From: Candidatus Geocrenenecus huangii
Lineage (GTDB): Archaea; Thermoproteota; Nitrososphaeria_A; Caldarchaeales; Wolframiiraptoraceae
Length of the DNA: 64,000 nt
Reading direction: 5' to 3'
Assembly: GCA_023254095.1 (NCBI GenBank)
Contig: JALNLM010000002.1
Location: 19,538-83,537, forward strand
Shown one piece after another: positions 1 through 9,257 of this stretch (positions are counted from its first letter, which is position 1; each line of letters opens with the position of its first letter). A program made the translations under genes and the position numbers. The notes below the pieces were generated by a model that saw nothing but the letters and a program-made list of their open reading frames with translations, ran no database searches and was not told the DNA's origin.

Positions 1-533
1 TCCCAGTCAAGATATCTCTCAGCAATCTTTTCAGCTTTCTCTTCTAACAGATCAAATGGTCCAGAGAACAAAGTAAAGATTTTCGTAGACTTTATACCTA
101 GGCTTAGAGCGTGTTCTCCGAGCTTTTTAACGTTCTCTCCCCAAACGGGTAAGTTCACTGTCAACGCTACCGCAACGTCTCCGGCGGAGCCATTCAACCC
201 AAGCCATGAAAGAAAATGGGTATAGGAGACAGCTTTTATAGAAAGCTTACCATAGTCTAGCCTAATTCTCAATTCATCTGCTAGATTCTGTAATGCTTTC
301 AATGCTTCGTAATCTCCATCTACAAGCATCTTGAAGAACTCTATTTCATCTGGTAGTATAGATCTAGACAATGTGTAGGATAAGGCTTTCAAGTCATGTG
401 GTATAATGTAGAGCTGGTTTTCTACAAACTTGTTTAATACCATTCTACTAGGCTTCTGTAATGACTGATGGTTTATTATCTTCTGATTCAAGTCTCTTAA
501 TTCTTCCCTAAGTCTCCCGATTATATTGTCCAT
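1..533 (-). CDS. Partial CDS. The N-terminal part of the protein lies in the window; the gene continues past position 1. Hypothetical protein, possibly thiamine-salvage related given the adjacent TenA gene.
   Basis: By manual translation of the minus strand, the ATG is at 531-533 and the frame stays open to the window edge (MDNIIGRLREELRDLNQKIINHQSLQKP...). Its start overlaps the TenA stop by a few nt. I recognise no family. It is absent from the supplied ORF track because it has no stop in the window. Confidence 0.35.
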   Translation of the reverse strand, partial: MDNIIGRLREELRDLNQKIINHQSLQKPSRMVLNKFVENQLYIIPHDLKALSYTLSRSILPDEIEFFKMLVDGDYEALKALQNLADELRIRLDYGKLSIKAVSYTHFLSWLGLNGSAGDVAVALTVNLPVWGENVKKLGEHALSLGIKSTKIFTLFSGPFDLLEEKAEKIAERYLDW

Positions 534-1237
534 TCTTCCTCACCATATGCTGCGCTCCAAAACATGTATTCATATTTAGAGGCTAGCTGGAAGTATGGCC
601 ACATCTCATCTACTGACAACCTGGATGAATCAACTTCCTCCTTAAACATGTTGACTATCTCCCGATACTCTTTAGATAGATAAGTCGAGGCCCATTTTCT
701 GTAGAGCGTCGAGGGGTTCGACTCAAGTTTATCTTTATGTCTCTCAGCGATTTCGAGATATGTCCAGAAACATGGTAGTAGGGCGGCCATAGTGGTGTAG
801 TAATCCGTGGCAAAACTTGTAGAAAGGAGGAAATTCATGTATGCGATATTTGATGGATTAGGAATAGTTGATACAGCATCTTCAGTAGTGAGATTGATCT
901 CTGATAAAAGTTTCTCATAATTCTCCATTTCGCCTGTTACGGTCATGTATGCGAGTTGGAGAGCTCTTCTGCTATGCCTAACACTCGGTGCTTTCGCAGC
1001 AACTATACTCAGTACTCTCACCATAGTAACCAGATAGTTATAGTCCTGAAGGATATAGTACTTGAACTTAGAGAATGGCAGCTTGCCTGTGTAGAGCTCT
1101 ACTACGAAGGGGTGGTCCAGTATTTTATCCCATAGGTTTGAAGCCTTCTTTCTGAGGATAGATGAATTAGTCATCACCATCAAAACGTAAATATCGTAAA
1201 AGAAGTATTTTAGAGATTCGCTAAAAGAAGTTTTCAC
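521..1237 (-). CDS. tenA: TenA/thiaminase-II family protein (heme-oxygenase-like fold, aminopyrimidine aminohydrolase)
   Basis: 238 aa. Typical TenA motifs are ILDHPFVVELYTGKLPFSKFKYYILQDYNYL and the C-terminal AALLPCFWTYLEIA. The gene is tightly packed with its neighbours. Confidence 0.7.
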   Translation of the reverse strand: MKTSFSESLKYFFYDIYVLMVMTNSSILRKKASNLWDKILDHPFVVELYTGKLPFSKFKYYILQDYNYLVTMVRVLSIVAAKAPSVRHSRRALQLAYMTVTGEMENYEKLLSEINLTTEDAVSTIPNPSNIAYMNFLLSTSFATDYYTTMAALLPCFWTYLEIAERHKDKLESNPSTLYRKWASTYLSKEYREIVNMFKEEVDSSRLSVDEMWPYFQLASKYEYMFWSAAYGEEEWTI

Positions 1238-3093
1238 TTGAAGCTAGGTCTCCTTGACAATAGCTTTGGGAGGCTAAGAGGTTTGAAAGGTTTTCCTTCA
1301 TTATGCTTCTTTACTTCTTCGATTAACTTTTCTAACTTCATGTACTCTATCCTCCCTGATTCTCTAATCCTTACGGCTAGTTCTCCTCTTTCCTTTTCTC
1401 TATCTCCATAGACTACCACATACGGTATCCATTCAGTCTCAGCATCTTTGATCTTCTTATCAACTGTTTCCTCCCTATCATCTAGGTCGACTCTAATCTT
1501 TTCTCCTTCGATCCTGCTCATGAGATTTAAGCAATCTTCTAAATGCCTTTCAGCAACAGGTATTAATCTAACCTGCGTTGGGGAAAGCCATACTGGAAGC
1601 ATCGGTTTACCTCCTTTTTCCATAGTCATATATGCTTTCTCGAGTAATGCATAGATTACTCTTTCTATTGCACCGCTTGGAGAACAATGAAGGATGATAG
1701 GATGTTTCCTGGCTCCGTCTTCATCTACATAGGTTATACCATATTGTTTAGCATTCTCGATATCTATCTGGTCCGTGGATAGGGCTGCGGCCTTCTTCTG
1801 GCTGTCGATGAAGTTGAACTCCCACTTCAATATGAAGTAGAAGAATCTTTCCTCCCACATCTCGGCGAGGACAGGCTTCCCAAAAGTTCTCACCATGTCA
1901 TAGATGAAATCCTTGTTTTCTTCATAAAATTCTTTTGTAAATCTTATAGCCATCTCTACATCGTCTCGGGTTAAACCGATTCCCTCAAGTACTTCGAGAC
2001 TTAGCTTAAGCCTCTTCTTCATTTCTCTCTTAGCTTGTTCTACATCTTTTACAAATGCATGGACGTCAGGCATCGTGAATGCTCTAAGTCTTCTAAGCCC
2101 TGCTAACTCTCCACTTTTCTCCCTCCTAAAGCTATATCTGGTTAGCTCATAGAGCCAGAAAGGTAGATGACGATATGATAAAACCATGTCGCTCGCCATC
2201 AAGAATTGGCCGAAACATGCTGCGAACCTTAAGAAATATTCTTTATCCTCTGTTTTGATAACGTATTGCCTTGCAGGAAATCTATGTAGATATTTTTCGA
2301 GGCTTGGATGATGCATATCATACATTATCGGGGTCTCAACCTCCACGCCGCCATAATCGATAACCTTGGATGTAACGTATTGTTCAAGCAGAGATTTTAT
2401 CAATCTACCTTTAGCGGGCCACCGCATATTCCCTGGATCACTTCCATTCTCATAATCTGCTATCTCAAGCTTCTTCATTAACTGGACGTGTGGAGGCTGC
2501 TCCAAAACGGCCCTAGATTTAGCGATCTCATATCGTGTTAAGAATTCAAGGTTGCTGCGACCTGTAAAGTCGAACTGCTCCACCGGGATCATCCGACCCT
2601 CTGGAGTAAGGATAAACCAGTAGGACCTCAATTTTTCCTCCATCAGTAATGCTTTCGATACGGGTTCTTCTTTTGACCCCTCTCGGGCTCCATAACTCTT
2701 CAACTGCTCAGCTAGTGGATGACCTTTAACTGCAATAACCAAACGTTTATTCCAGCCGAATGGAGCATAATGTACTTCTATGTTGTTTGACGATGCTTCA
2801 GTCCTAATCTTATTTAGTATGCCTAATGCTTTATGTGGTGGAGCGAGCTCAGTGCTTAGATGAGCATACGGGTATATGACTAGCCTTCTTATCTTCATCC
2901 TATTCATGAATTCAAGAGAGTCCCTAACAACCTCGCTTGCCAAATCCACGACGTCATCTTTCTCCACGCATACAAGAAGTAGGAGAGCATCATCTACTCT
3001 ATATGCCTTTTTTTCCACCTCTTCATAGACTGAGCTCTCCACCTGGATTGGCTCATACTCGACAAGATCAACATGTAGTTGAAGTACTTTCAA
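1234..3093 (-). CDS. thrS: Threonyl-tRNA synthetase, archaeal type with N-terminal editing domain
   Basis: 619 aa. It has class II aaRS core motifs (FTMPDVHAF, RAFTMPD), a C-terminal anticodon-binding domain and the archaeal-type N-terminal editing domain. Length and domain order match archaeal ThrRS. Confidence 0.9.
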   Translation of the reverse strand: MKVLQLHVDLVEYEPIQVESSVYEEVEKKAYRVDDALLLLVCVEKDDVVDLASEVVRDSLEFMNRMKIRRLVIYPYAHLSTELAPPHKALGILNKIRTEASSNNIEVHYAPFGWNKRLVIAVKGHPLAEQLKSYGAREGSKEEPVSKALLMEEKLRSYWFILTPEGRMIPVEQFDFTGRSNLEFLTRYEIAKSRAVLEQPPHVQLMKKLEIADYENGSDPGNMRWPAKGRLIKSLLEQYVTSKVIDYGGVEVETPIMYDMHHPSLEKYLHRFPARQYVIKTEDKEYFLRFAACFGQFLMASDMVLSYRHLPFWLYELTRYSFRREKSGELAGLRRLRAFTMPDVHAFVKDVEQAKREMKKRLKLSLEVLEGIGLTRDDVEMAIRFTKEFYEENKDFIYDMVRTFGKPVLAEMWEERFFYFILKWEFNFIDSQKKAAALSTDQIDIENAKQYGITYVDEDGARKHPIILHCSPSGAIERVIYALLEKAYMTMEKGGKPMLPVWLSPTQVRLIPVAERHLEDCLNLMSRIEGEKIRVDLDDREETVDKKIKDAETEWIPYVVVYGDREKERGELAVRIRESGRIEYMKLEKLIEEVKKHNEGKPFKPLSLPKLLSRRPSFK

Positions 3094-3235
3094 GACTTTA
3101 CACCTGCGTTAAGATTTTTCAGAGACTACTTTAACCTTTCTCAAAATCTCCAATCTACAGATTCTCTAAAAACCTTTTCTACGGATGCTTCTCCCTTAAT
3201 AAATAATAATAAGCAAATGAAAGCATATTCAAAAG

Positions 3236-4810
3236 ATGAAAAGAGATAGACTGATCCCTAAGACAATGGCCTCTCAACATCCTGATAATGCTTCTATACC
3301 GAAGTGGTGTAAGAACGAGGTTATAGCTGGGGAAGATGAAGTCTACGAAGCATATCATGCCTACGTTTTCCTAGGGTGTAGAGAAGCTATGTGGGACGCT
3401 GAGGGCAAAGACATAGACCCGCAAGTAGTTAGAAAACTCTTAACAAATTATCCCGAGTACTTCATTGAGAATAAACTAGGAGAAGATATATTCTTAACTC
3501 TTAGAATTCCTAACCCATTAATAGAAGTAGCTGAGAAGAAGATATTCTTGGAGACTCTTCAATCTATACCTAAACATAATGATGTTGCAATGACCTTCTA
3601 CAACGAGCATCCCCGTAAATCTATCTTCGAAGTAATCCTGCCTTTTACAGTAAGCCATGTTGACCTAATTAGAGTTAGGGAGACATATAGGAAAGTCATC
3701 GTTGAACCATTTAATGAACAGATAGACTACCAAGGATTAAAATTGAAAGAACTGGTAGGAGAAGTTTATCCAAAAGAAATAGAAGTTATACCGTTGATTG
3801 AGGATATGAACTCCCTGATATCATGTGACGAAATAATAATGAGATATATAGAGCTTGTCTCACCAAGCTATCTTAGAGTTTTCCTAGCGAGGTCTGACCC
3901 TGCATTAAACTATGGATATGTGGCCGCCACGCTCCTCGCAAAATTAGCTTTATCAAAGCTCTGGAATATTAGAAACCAGACAGGCATAGACATATACCCT
4001 ATAATCGGGGCAGGATGCTTACCGTTCAGAGGCCATAACTCTCCCATAAACATCGAGGGGTTCGTTGAAGAATATAAGGGAACATGGACTGTTACGATTC
4101 AGTCTGCATACAGATATGATTACCCTGAGAATGAAGTCGTAGAGGCTGTAAAGAAATTGAACAACATGCTACCATACGGTGAGCCTAGAGACCTTACTGA
4201 AGTCGAAGAAACCATTGTTAACGTCATTCAGAAATTTTCACGAAAATATCAGGAGACTCTCGAATCAGCCATAGACGCTGTAAATTATGTGGCGTCTTTC
4301 ATCCCACCTCGCAGGAGTAGAAAGCTACACATCGGGTTATATGGATACTCAAGGAGATTGATAGGAAAATCTCTTCCCCGTGCAATTCCATTTACTGGAG
4401 CATTCTACTCTCTCGGGATCCCCCCAGAATTCATAGGCATGAGAGTATTGAAGGGTCTAGGTGAAGAAGAATATGATGTTCTTAGAGAAGTTCATGTAAG
4501 ATTGAGAGATGACCTAGAAGAAGCAGCTAGAAGAGTTGTATGGGAAGCATTTTCTCTCCTTGTAGAAAATAGAGGAAATCTTCTCAAACACTTCTCTAAA
4601 GAGTTCTATGAAGAGTTTATTCCCTCATACATGGAAGACTTAGAAACGACCTCGGAGTTATTTGGGATAAAGATAGGTGGAAGGAGCTTCTCAGATAGAA
4701 GATACGCTAACATTATAGAGAACTTCTTGATCTCGATTTTAGAAGAAGAATACGATAGAGCTAAGCATGAACTAGTTGAAGCAGCAAGACTTCGGAGATC
4801 CATAGGATAG
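3236..4810 (+). CDS. ppcA: Archaeal-type phosphoenolpyruvate carboxylase (atPEPC)
   Basis: 524 aa. The N-terminus ...IPKTMASQHPDN... carries the hallmark archaeal PEPC motif (TMxTQHPDN). The length of about 510-520 aa is typical of atPEPC rather than bacterial PEPC. Confidence 0.85.
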   Translation: MKRDRLIPKTMASQHPDNASIPKWCKNEVIAGEDEVYEAYHAYVFLGCREAMWDAEGKDIDPQVVRKLLTNYPEYFIENKLGEDIFLTLRIPNPLIEVAEKKIFLETLQSIPKHNDVAMTFYNEHPRKSIFEVILPFTVSHVDLIRVRETYRKVIVEPFNEQIDYQGLKLKELVGEVYPKEIEVIPLIEDMNSLISCDEIIMRYIELVSPSYLRVFLARSDPALNYGYVAATLLAKLALSKLWNIRNQTGIDIYPIIGAGCLPFRGHNSPINIEGFVEEYKGTWTVTIQSAYRYDYPENEVVEAVKKLNNMLPYGEPRDLTEVEETIVNVIQKFSRKYQETLESAIDAVNYVASFIPPRRSRKLHIGLYGYSRRLIGKSLPRAIPFTGAFYSLGIPPEFIGMRVLKGLGEEEYDVLREVHVRLRDDLEEAARRVVWEAFSLLVENRGNLLKHFSKEFYEEFIPSYMEDLETTSELFGIKIGGRSFSDRRYANIIENFLISILEEEYDRAKHELVEAARLRRSIG

Positions 4811-4844
4811 CCGAAGATTTTCAAACACCTATTAAACGAATGTA

Positions 4845-4978
4845 CGCCGGGGGTGGGATTTGAACCCACGAGCCCCGTTTCCCCAATAATTAATGGGGCA
4901 TCGGCTAACTCTTCTCAGTCTGACCATGCTTATTATTGATCTCGAGGCCGACCCTCTACCTGGCTAAGGTACCCCGGC
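4845..4978 (-). tRNA. tRNA-Ser (anticodon CGA) with two introns: about 34 nt in the anticodon loop and a probable 14-nt mini-intron in the variable arm
   Basis: Read by hand on the minus strand: acceptor GCCGGGG/CCCCGGC with discriminator G; D-arm; anticodon stem UCGGC/GCCGA with loop CUCGAG|A; T-arm GUGGG-UUCAAAU-CCCAC. The gene is 134 nt against about 86 nt expected for mature tRNA-Ser. Removing AUCAAUAAUAAGCAUGGUCAGACUGAGAAGAGUU at position 37/38 and AUUAAUUAUUGGGG from the variable arm leaves a canonical Ser variable arm, UGCCCCAAACGGGGCUC. Confidence 0.7.
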
Positions 4979-5023
4979 TCGATGTATATCTCCATCTGGA
5001 GCTATTTATCTTTAAGAAGACGA

Positions 5024-5623
5024 TTATATTCTTGCTGCAAACTCTTCTACGCCTGGATACACTTGTCCGAAGAATTGAATTAACGTATACTCTAATGCAG
5101 CGGCGGCTAATAATAGTATCGCAGTCCCTGCAATTGATATTATCAACCATCTCGACTCTATTCTAGTCTTCTTCTTGAATATGCTGTAAGTAAACAATAT
5201 GCTTTCTGTGAATGCTGTCCCATACGCTAAGAATTCTATCAATCCATAGATTGTTATAATGGTTAAGGATATTAGGAGTATGGGGGGAAAACCTGTGGAG
5301 ACCGATAAGGCTCCTAATAATCTCCCAGTGGTAAAGATTATGTAGCCTCCGACGATCGGTCCAGCTACGGGGATTAACATTATCAATGAGATCAGGAAAT
5401 TGTTTAAGAAGATGTCTATGATTGTAAAGCGTTGTTTAAAGATTTCTTCTGCCTCCTTCATCAATAAATCGGCTTCTTCACTCGATAAAGGTATCGTTGA
5501 TGCAATGTATAAAAGAGAATACAAGGTGAAAGTAAAAATCAATACTATTATAACTCTCTTCTTTACGTCTACTATGCCTGCCGAGACGATCCATCTATAT
5601 CTTTCCAAGTCTCTCATCAACAT
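5024..5623 (-). CDS. Integral membrane protein, possibly SpoIIM/DUF95-like
   Basis: 199 aa with about 5-6 predicted hydrophobic helices. Its start overlaps the 3' end of the upstream PGI/PMI gene by 29 nt. Confidence 0.45.
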   Translation of the reverse strand: MLMRDLERYRWIVSAGIVDVKKRVIIVLIFTFTLYSLLYIASTIPLSSEEADLLMKEAEEIFKQRFTIIDIFLNNFLISLIMLIPVAGPIVGGYIIFTTGRLLGALSVSTGFPPILLISLTIITIYGLIEFLAYGTAFTESILFTYSIFKKKTRIESRWLIISIAGTAILLLAAAALEYTLIQFFGQVYPGVEEFAARI

Positions 5624-6677
5624 TCTTCAATATTTCTTGATAGTTTCTATTGTTATCCTTCAATTTAGGGATTACATAAAGAGCCAGTGGGTCAACATTC
5701 CTAAGTATAGCAGCATATAAGCTAATATAATCGACTAAGATAAGTAGAGAAAGTATCTCACTCAAAAAATTTCCAGCTGTAACTTTCAACTCGATATAGT
5801 TTTCTCTGAGGAAGCTCGAAAGAGCTCTATATGCCTCGTCAATCTCATTCGGTTCATTAGAAAGTCTCGGAGCCAGAAGGACCGTTTTCTCATTAAGTAT
5901 TTCAACATCATTATGGAAAGCTTCAGGGACTTCACAGAAGTGTGAAAAAATCTTACTATTCTCGTTTAACTGGCATTTCAGACGATATGCTATCGGAACC
6001 GCTTTACCATACCCATACACTATTGGAAGCATACCAACTATTTTGGAAGCAGATTTCTTTGCCAGGTTCTTAGCTGTAGGAGTTTCAGGAACAAAATTCT
6101 CTTTAATCTTCCCGGTCTCTACAATACTTCCCGACAGAGTCTCAATTTTTATACCTAGAGATTGAATCAATCCAAGAAGGGCTCCTAGAGTATGTGGGAA
6201 AGCATATCTAGGCGGGATACCAGGTTCTAGGATAATTGAAGGAAAATTCATTTTCTCAGCTAGCTTTCTTAATCTTCCATCTGAAGTGATCATGATCATT
6301 CTACGATTTAGTTCTAGATTTTTTAGGAGCGTTGGAAATATCTCTGCAGTATCCCCTGAATAGCTGACGGCTATTATCAAGTCATCTGGATTAGATCTAA
6401 AAACCATGTAATCTCTGTGAACTATCACTGGAACCTCTTCGGTTATAATATTGATGAAGTCTCCTGCAATCGCTGATCCACCAATGCCTAGGTAAACTAT
6501 TCTAGATGGTATGAAATCCTTTATCTTCTCTCCGACTTCCAACCCTAAATGATAGTATTTGGAAAAACATTCAAGATATCTATCAACGATAGAGAAAGCT
6601 TTCATGTATGGTTCTCTGCGGTATACTTCACTATTATCCAGTAGATTATGGTAGTCTTCACTTCTCATACCCATCAA
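5595..6677 (-). CDS. Bifunctional phosphoglucose/phosphomannose isomerase (SIS-domain PGI/PMI)
   Basis: 360 aa. SIS-domain signatures include VYLGIGGSAIAGD and a second SIS half. Size and architecture match the archaeal bifunctional PGI/PMI family. The true start may be the internal M in ...MKAFSIVDRY.... Confidence 0.65.
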   Translation of the reverse strand: MMGMRSEDYHNLLDNSEVYRREPYMKAFSIVDRYLECFSKYYHLGLEVGEKIKDFIPSRIVYLGIGGSAIAGDFINIITEEVPVIVHRDYMVFRSNPDDLIIAVSYSGDTAEIFPTLLKNLELNRRMIMITSDGRLRKLAEKMNFPSIILEPGIPPRYAFPHTLGALLGLIQSLGIKIETLSGSIVETGKIKENFVPETPTAKNLAKKSASKIVGMLPIVYGYGKAVPIAYRLKCQLNENSKIFSHFCEVPEAFHNDVEILNEKTVLLAPRLSNEPNEIDEAYRALSSFLRENYIELKVTAGNFLSEILSLLILVDYISLYAAILRNVDPLALYVIPKLKDNNRNYQEILKNVDERLGKI

Positions 6678-6919
6678 CTAATGTGTTCAAGATTATCCTG
6701 ATTTTCCTATTTTTAAATATATGCTGAGCAGGTTAAAAGGCGAGCATATAAATAGGCTCTTAAATAATTTAATGCTTTTTCTACTCGGTTTTTACTCGAA
6801 GTATATAGCACCCGAATATTCTATTATTTATTGTTTTTGATTTTATGCTATTTTAGTTTAAGTTCATTTTCAGTAAGGTGTTAATCCATAAAGCCTACAA
6901 TCTACTTGATTAACTTGAA

Positions 6920-7351
6920 ATGAAGTCGCAGAATCTGGAGAAGACTATAGAAGAATTAAGACATAGAGTAGAAACACTTGAACTTGCTCTGGACACCATT
7001 TTGAAGAAGATGCCTGAGATCAGGATAAATGTTGAGGTTCCGAGAATAGTTCTAGAAAAGAAGCCGATACACATAAAAATAAAGGCGAGCGAGCTTCATG
7101 GGAGAATAATGCTTCTTGCTATGGAAGGTTTCTTAGACGATTGGAAAACAGCGGGAGACATCGCCTCCGAGCTTGTGAGAAGAGGTTGGGCACCTAAGGA
7201 CTTCAAGCATGTAAGACCAGTACTAGAACATCTTGTATCTCTAGGTTTAATAGAGAGGATTAGGTCTTCGAAGAAGAAAAGAGGAAGAAAGGCTAAGTGG
7301 CTGTATAGAGCTATGGAGGACTTGTCACAGAAAGTAGAACTGACTCAATAA
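6920..7351 (+). CDS. Hypothetical protein with N-terminal coiled coil and C-terminal winged-helix-like basic domain
   Basis: 143 aa. MKSQNLEKTIEELRHRVETLELALDTILKK is a heptad-like segment. The C-terminus VLEHLVSLGLIERIRSSKKKRGRKAKWLYRA resembles a wHTH followed by a basic tail. It is preceded by a 240-nt AT-rich intergenic region. Confidence 0.4.
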   Translation: MKSQNLEKTIEELRHRVETLELALDTILKKMPEIRINVEVPRIVLEKKPIHIKIKASELHGRIMLLAMEGFLDDWKTAGDIASELVRRGWAPKDFKHVRPVLEHLVSLGLIERIRSSKKKRGRKAKWLYRAMEDLSQKVELTQ

Positions 7352-7387
7352 GCTGAAAGGAGAAAGTTCTTCATAGAATATCATTCT

Positions 7388-7963
7388 TCAGGATTCTATA
7401 GAATCTTCCGGAGATTGGCAGGTTGCCGAAGATATATTCTCTTCTGGATAATCTGTCTTGCATATTTGTTTTATCCTCTCAACCCCTCTAATGGAATCAA
7501 TATACTCTACAACTATCCTTGGAATGTATTGTTTCCAGTCTTCATCTTTAATCATCTTTTTTCTGATGAGCGTCCCTATCACTTCTTCTCTTCTATATAG
7601 TTCAATTTGTTTAACTTGGTATCCCGCATCGGCGAACAATCTTTGAACTAGAGGATTATTAGAGTATACGATATCAAATTTTGGCACAAAAGTCTTTACT
7701 CTTGAAACCCATAAAGAATGTTCACCGATATCTGGTATAGGTACGATAATTACTTTGTCTAATGATATGTTCTCTTCTTTTAGCATCAATCTAATCATTT
7801 CAATTCTCTCTCCGGCTGTAAAAGGATTCTTGAAAGTGTAACTATATTGAGCGCTTCCCACTACTATATTCAATTCATCACACTCTTTCAATATGTTCTT
7901 GATTGCCGTTAAATGACCTATATGTGGAGGCTGGAATCTTCCTACAAATAACCCACGCCTCAA
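7388..7963 (-). CDS. nadM: Nicotinamide-nucleotide adenylyltransferase (archaeal NMNAT)
   Basis: 191 aa. GLFVGRFQPPHIGH is the (H/T)xGH nucleotidyltransferase motif in the archaeal NMNAT context. The apparent start is TTG at 7961-7963, with a TATA-like element about 30 nt upstream. Confidence 0.85.
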   Translation of the reverse strand: MRRGLFVGRFQPPHIGHLTAIKNILKECDELNIVVGSAQYSYTFKNPFTAGERIEMIRLMLKEENISLDKVIIVPIPDIGEHSLWVSRVKTFVPKFDIVYSNNPLVQRLFADAGYQVKQIELYRREEVIGTLIRKKMIKDEDWKQYIPRIVVEYIDSIRGVERIKQICKTDYPEENISSATCQSPEDSIES

Positions 7964-7993
7964 AGACCACCAAGTTAATGGGGTGAGCCCAGT

Positions 7994-8005
7994 ATATTTA
8001 TATTA
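7994..8005 (-). promoter_or_regulatory. TATA-box-like element (TAATATAAATAT) upstream of nadM
   Basis: An AT-rich TATA-like sequence lies about 30-40 nt upstream of the TTG start. This matches archaeal promoter geometry for a leaderless or short-leader transcript. Confidence 0.3.
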
Positions 8006-8098
8006 ACATAAGAAAAGGATAACTATTCAAACGGATGTTGAATTATCTTGCTCCTCTACGGGTTCCATCTGTTCAACATTGTGCTGGGGAACTTCATC

Positions 8099-9169
8099 TC
8101 ACCGTCTCTTAAGACCTATCCCCTCGATAGTTATTGTTGCAGGTTCCCCCTCAACTCCATCCACCTTTATCTTGGCATTAGTTAGAATTCTACATAGCTC
8201 TAAGCTGGTGATAGTATGTCTTGTAAGATTCGTTACTCTGTATTGGGATATGCCTTCTGCAAGACATGCCCATATCACTAACTGGTCTCCCAGATGCTTA
8301 TCAACAGGAGCGTTTCTACTCAATTCATCTAGCAGATCTTTTGCAGCTTCCTCTCCAATCCTTTCTGAGGGAACTCCTTTCTCACCTAACCTATCTACAC
8401 CAATTACGGTTCCATCCTCTGTTTCTGCTAAAAGTATTATTCCACATCCAGGGTCTACTGAGCATCTAGGATTGTCAGGTTGGAGAGCCTCCCTAATTAT
8501 CTCTACATCGTAGCCTTCTCTTCTCAAGATATTTTCTGCTGTGTTCGCCATCCTTTCAACAATATGTCCTGGAAGCCTACAGCTATAGCTTAGCCCACTT
8601 ATCTTTCTAACCTTTCTGATTTCAACCAGTTTTAAAGGTTTGAGAACATCTACCGGAATAGAGCTGGCTCTAACTATTCCCCCACCTCTCGGATAGAATC
8701 CTCTCTTGACAAGCTCGACATTGAATCTTCCACCCATCTTCTCTATTATAGGCAGGAGGACTTGTTGAAGATACTCGACGGGCGGGGCCATGGGATTATT
8801 TGTTCCGCCTCTAAGCTCTACGTTAACAGGTTTTGAAGCATAACACATTGTAGGCATCAAGCTCTGAAGCATTAATGTAGTGGATCCAGCTGTGCCCGCA
8901 TCAAAATTTAGGAAACCCCCCTGAGGTCTCTTTGAAGGCTTAAAGAATATTTCCAGAGACCCTACAGATAGACCTGAGACCTCCGCTGAACATAGTGCTC
9001 CCACCGCCTTAACAGCCGTTAAATGTTGAGGTCTTAGTCCAGGGTTACTCCTCTTGACTCGAATATTCTTTATTCGGACTGGCTTAAGTAAGACCGCAGA
9101 TAACGCTACGGCGTTTCTAAGTATCTGACCTCCTCCTTCACCCATCGATCCATCGATCTCAATGAACAT
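8099..9169 (-). CDS. rtcA: RNA 3'-terminal phosphate cyclase
   Basis: 356 aa. The N-terminus IEIDGSMGEGGGQILRNAVALSAV is the conserved RtcA signature. The full-length RtcA domain architecture is present. Confidence 0.85.
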   Translation of the reverse strand: MFIEIDGSMGEGGGQILRNAVALSAVLLKPVRIKNIRVKRSNPGLRPQHLTAVKAVGALCSAEVSGLSVGSLEIFFKPSKRPQGGFLNFDAGTAGSTTLMLQSLMPTMCYASKPVNVELRGGTNNPMAPPVEYLQQVLLPIIEKMGGRFNVELVKRGFYPRGGGIVRASSIPVDVLKPLKLVEIRKVRKISGLSYSCRLPGHIVERMANTAENILRREGYDVEIIREALQPDNPRCSVDPGCGIILLAETEDGTVIGVDRLGEKGVPSERIGEEAAKDLLDELSRNAPVDKHLGDQLVIWACLAEGISQYRVTNLTRHTITSLELCRILTNAKIKVDGVEGEPATITIEGIGLKRR

Positions 9170-9224
9170 CTCTGTGTAATTCCTTTGACTTCTTGTTTTT
9201 AAGCATAATTCGTTATTGCAATTC

Positions 9225-9234
9225 TATATTAAAT
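9225..9234 (+). promoter_or_regulatory. TATA-box-like element (TATATTAAAT) upstream of the SAM hydrolase gene
   Basis: It lies about 24 nt upstream of ATG 9258. The spacing fits an archaeal leaderless mRNA. Confidence 0.3.
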
Positions 9235-9257
9235 ACCAAGGTTGCAGTATTATTTTT

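Noticed and set aside
1448-3134. Short plus-strand ORFs (1448-1654, 2937-3134) inside and antisense to thrS
   Set aside because: They are fully embedded in a well-supported 619-aa aaRS gene on the opposite strand. They are low-complexity with no motifs, as is typical of antisense frames in AT/GA-rich coding sequence.
6700-6760. Imperfect inverted repeat ATATGCT...AGCATAT in the 240-nt divergent promoter region between the PGI/PMI gene and the 143-aa gene
   Set aside because: Both arms overlap TATA-like sequences (TTTAAATATAT / CATATAAATAG). These are more simply explained as two divergent promoters than as an operator. The repeat is only 7 bp.
8079-8513. 144-aa plus-strand ORF antisense to rtcA, together with 8266-8469
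   Set aside because: The product is a Ser/Pro/Leu-rich, low-complexity translation of the antisense strand of a conserved gene. There is no independent start context.
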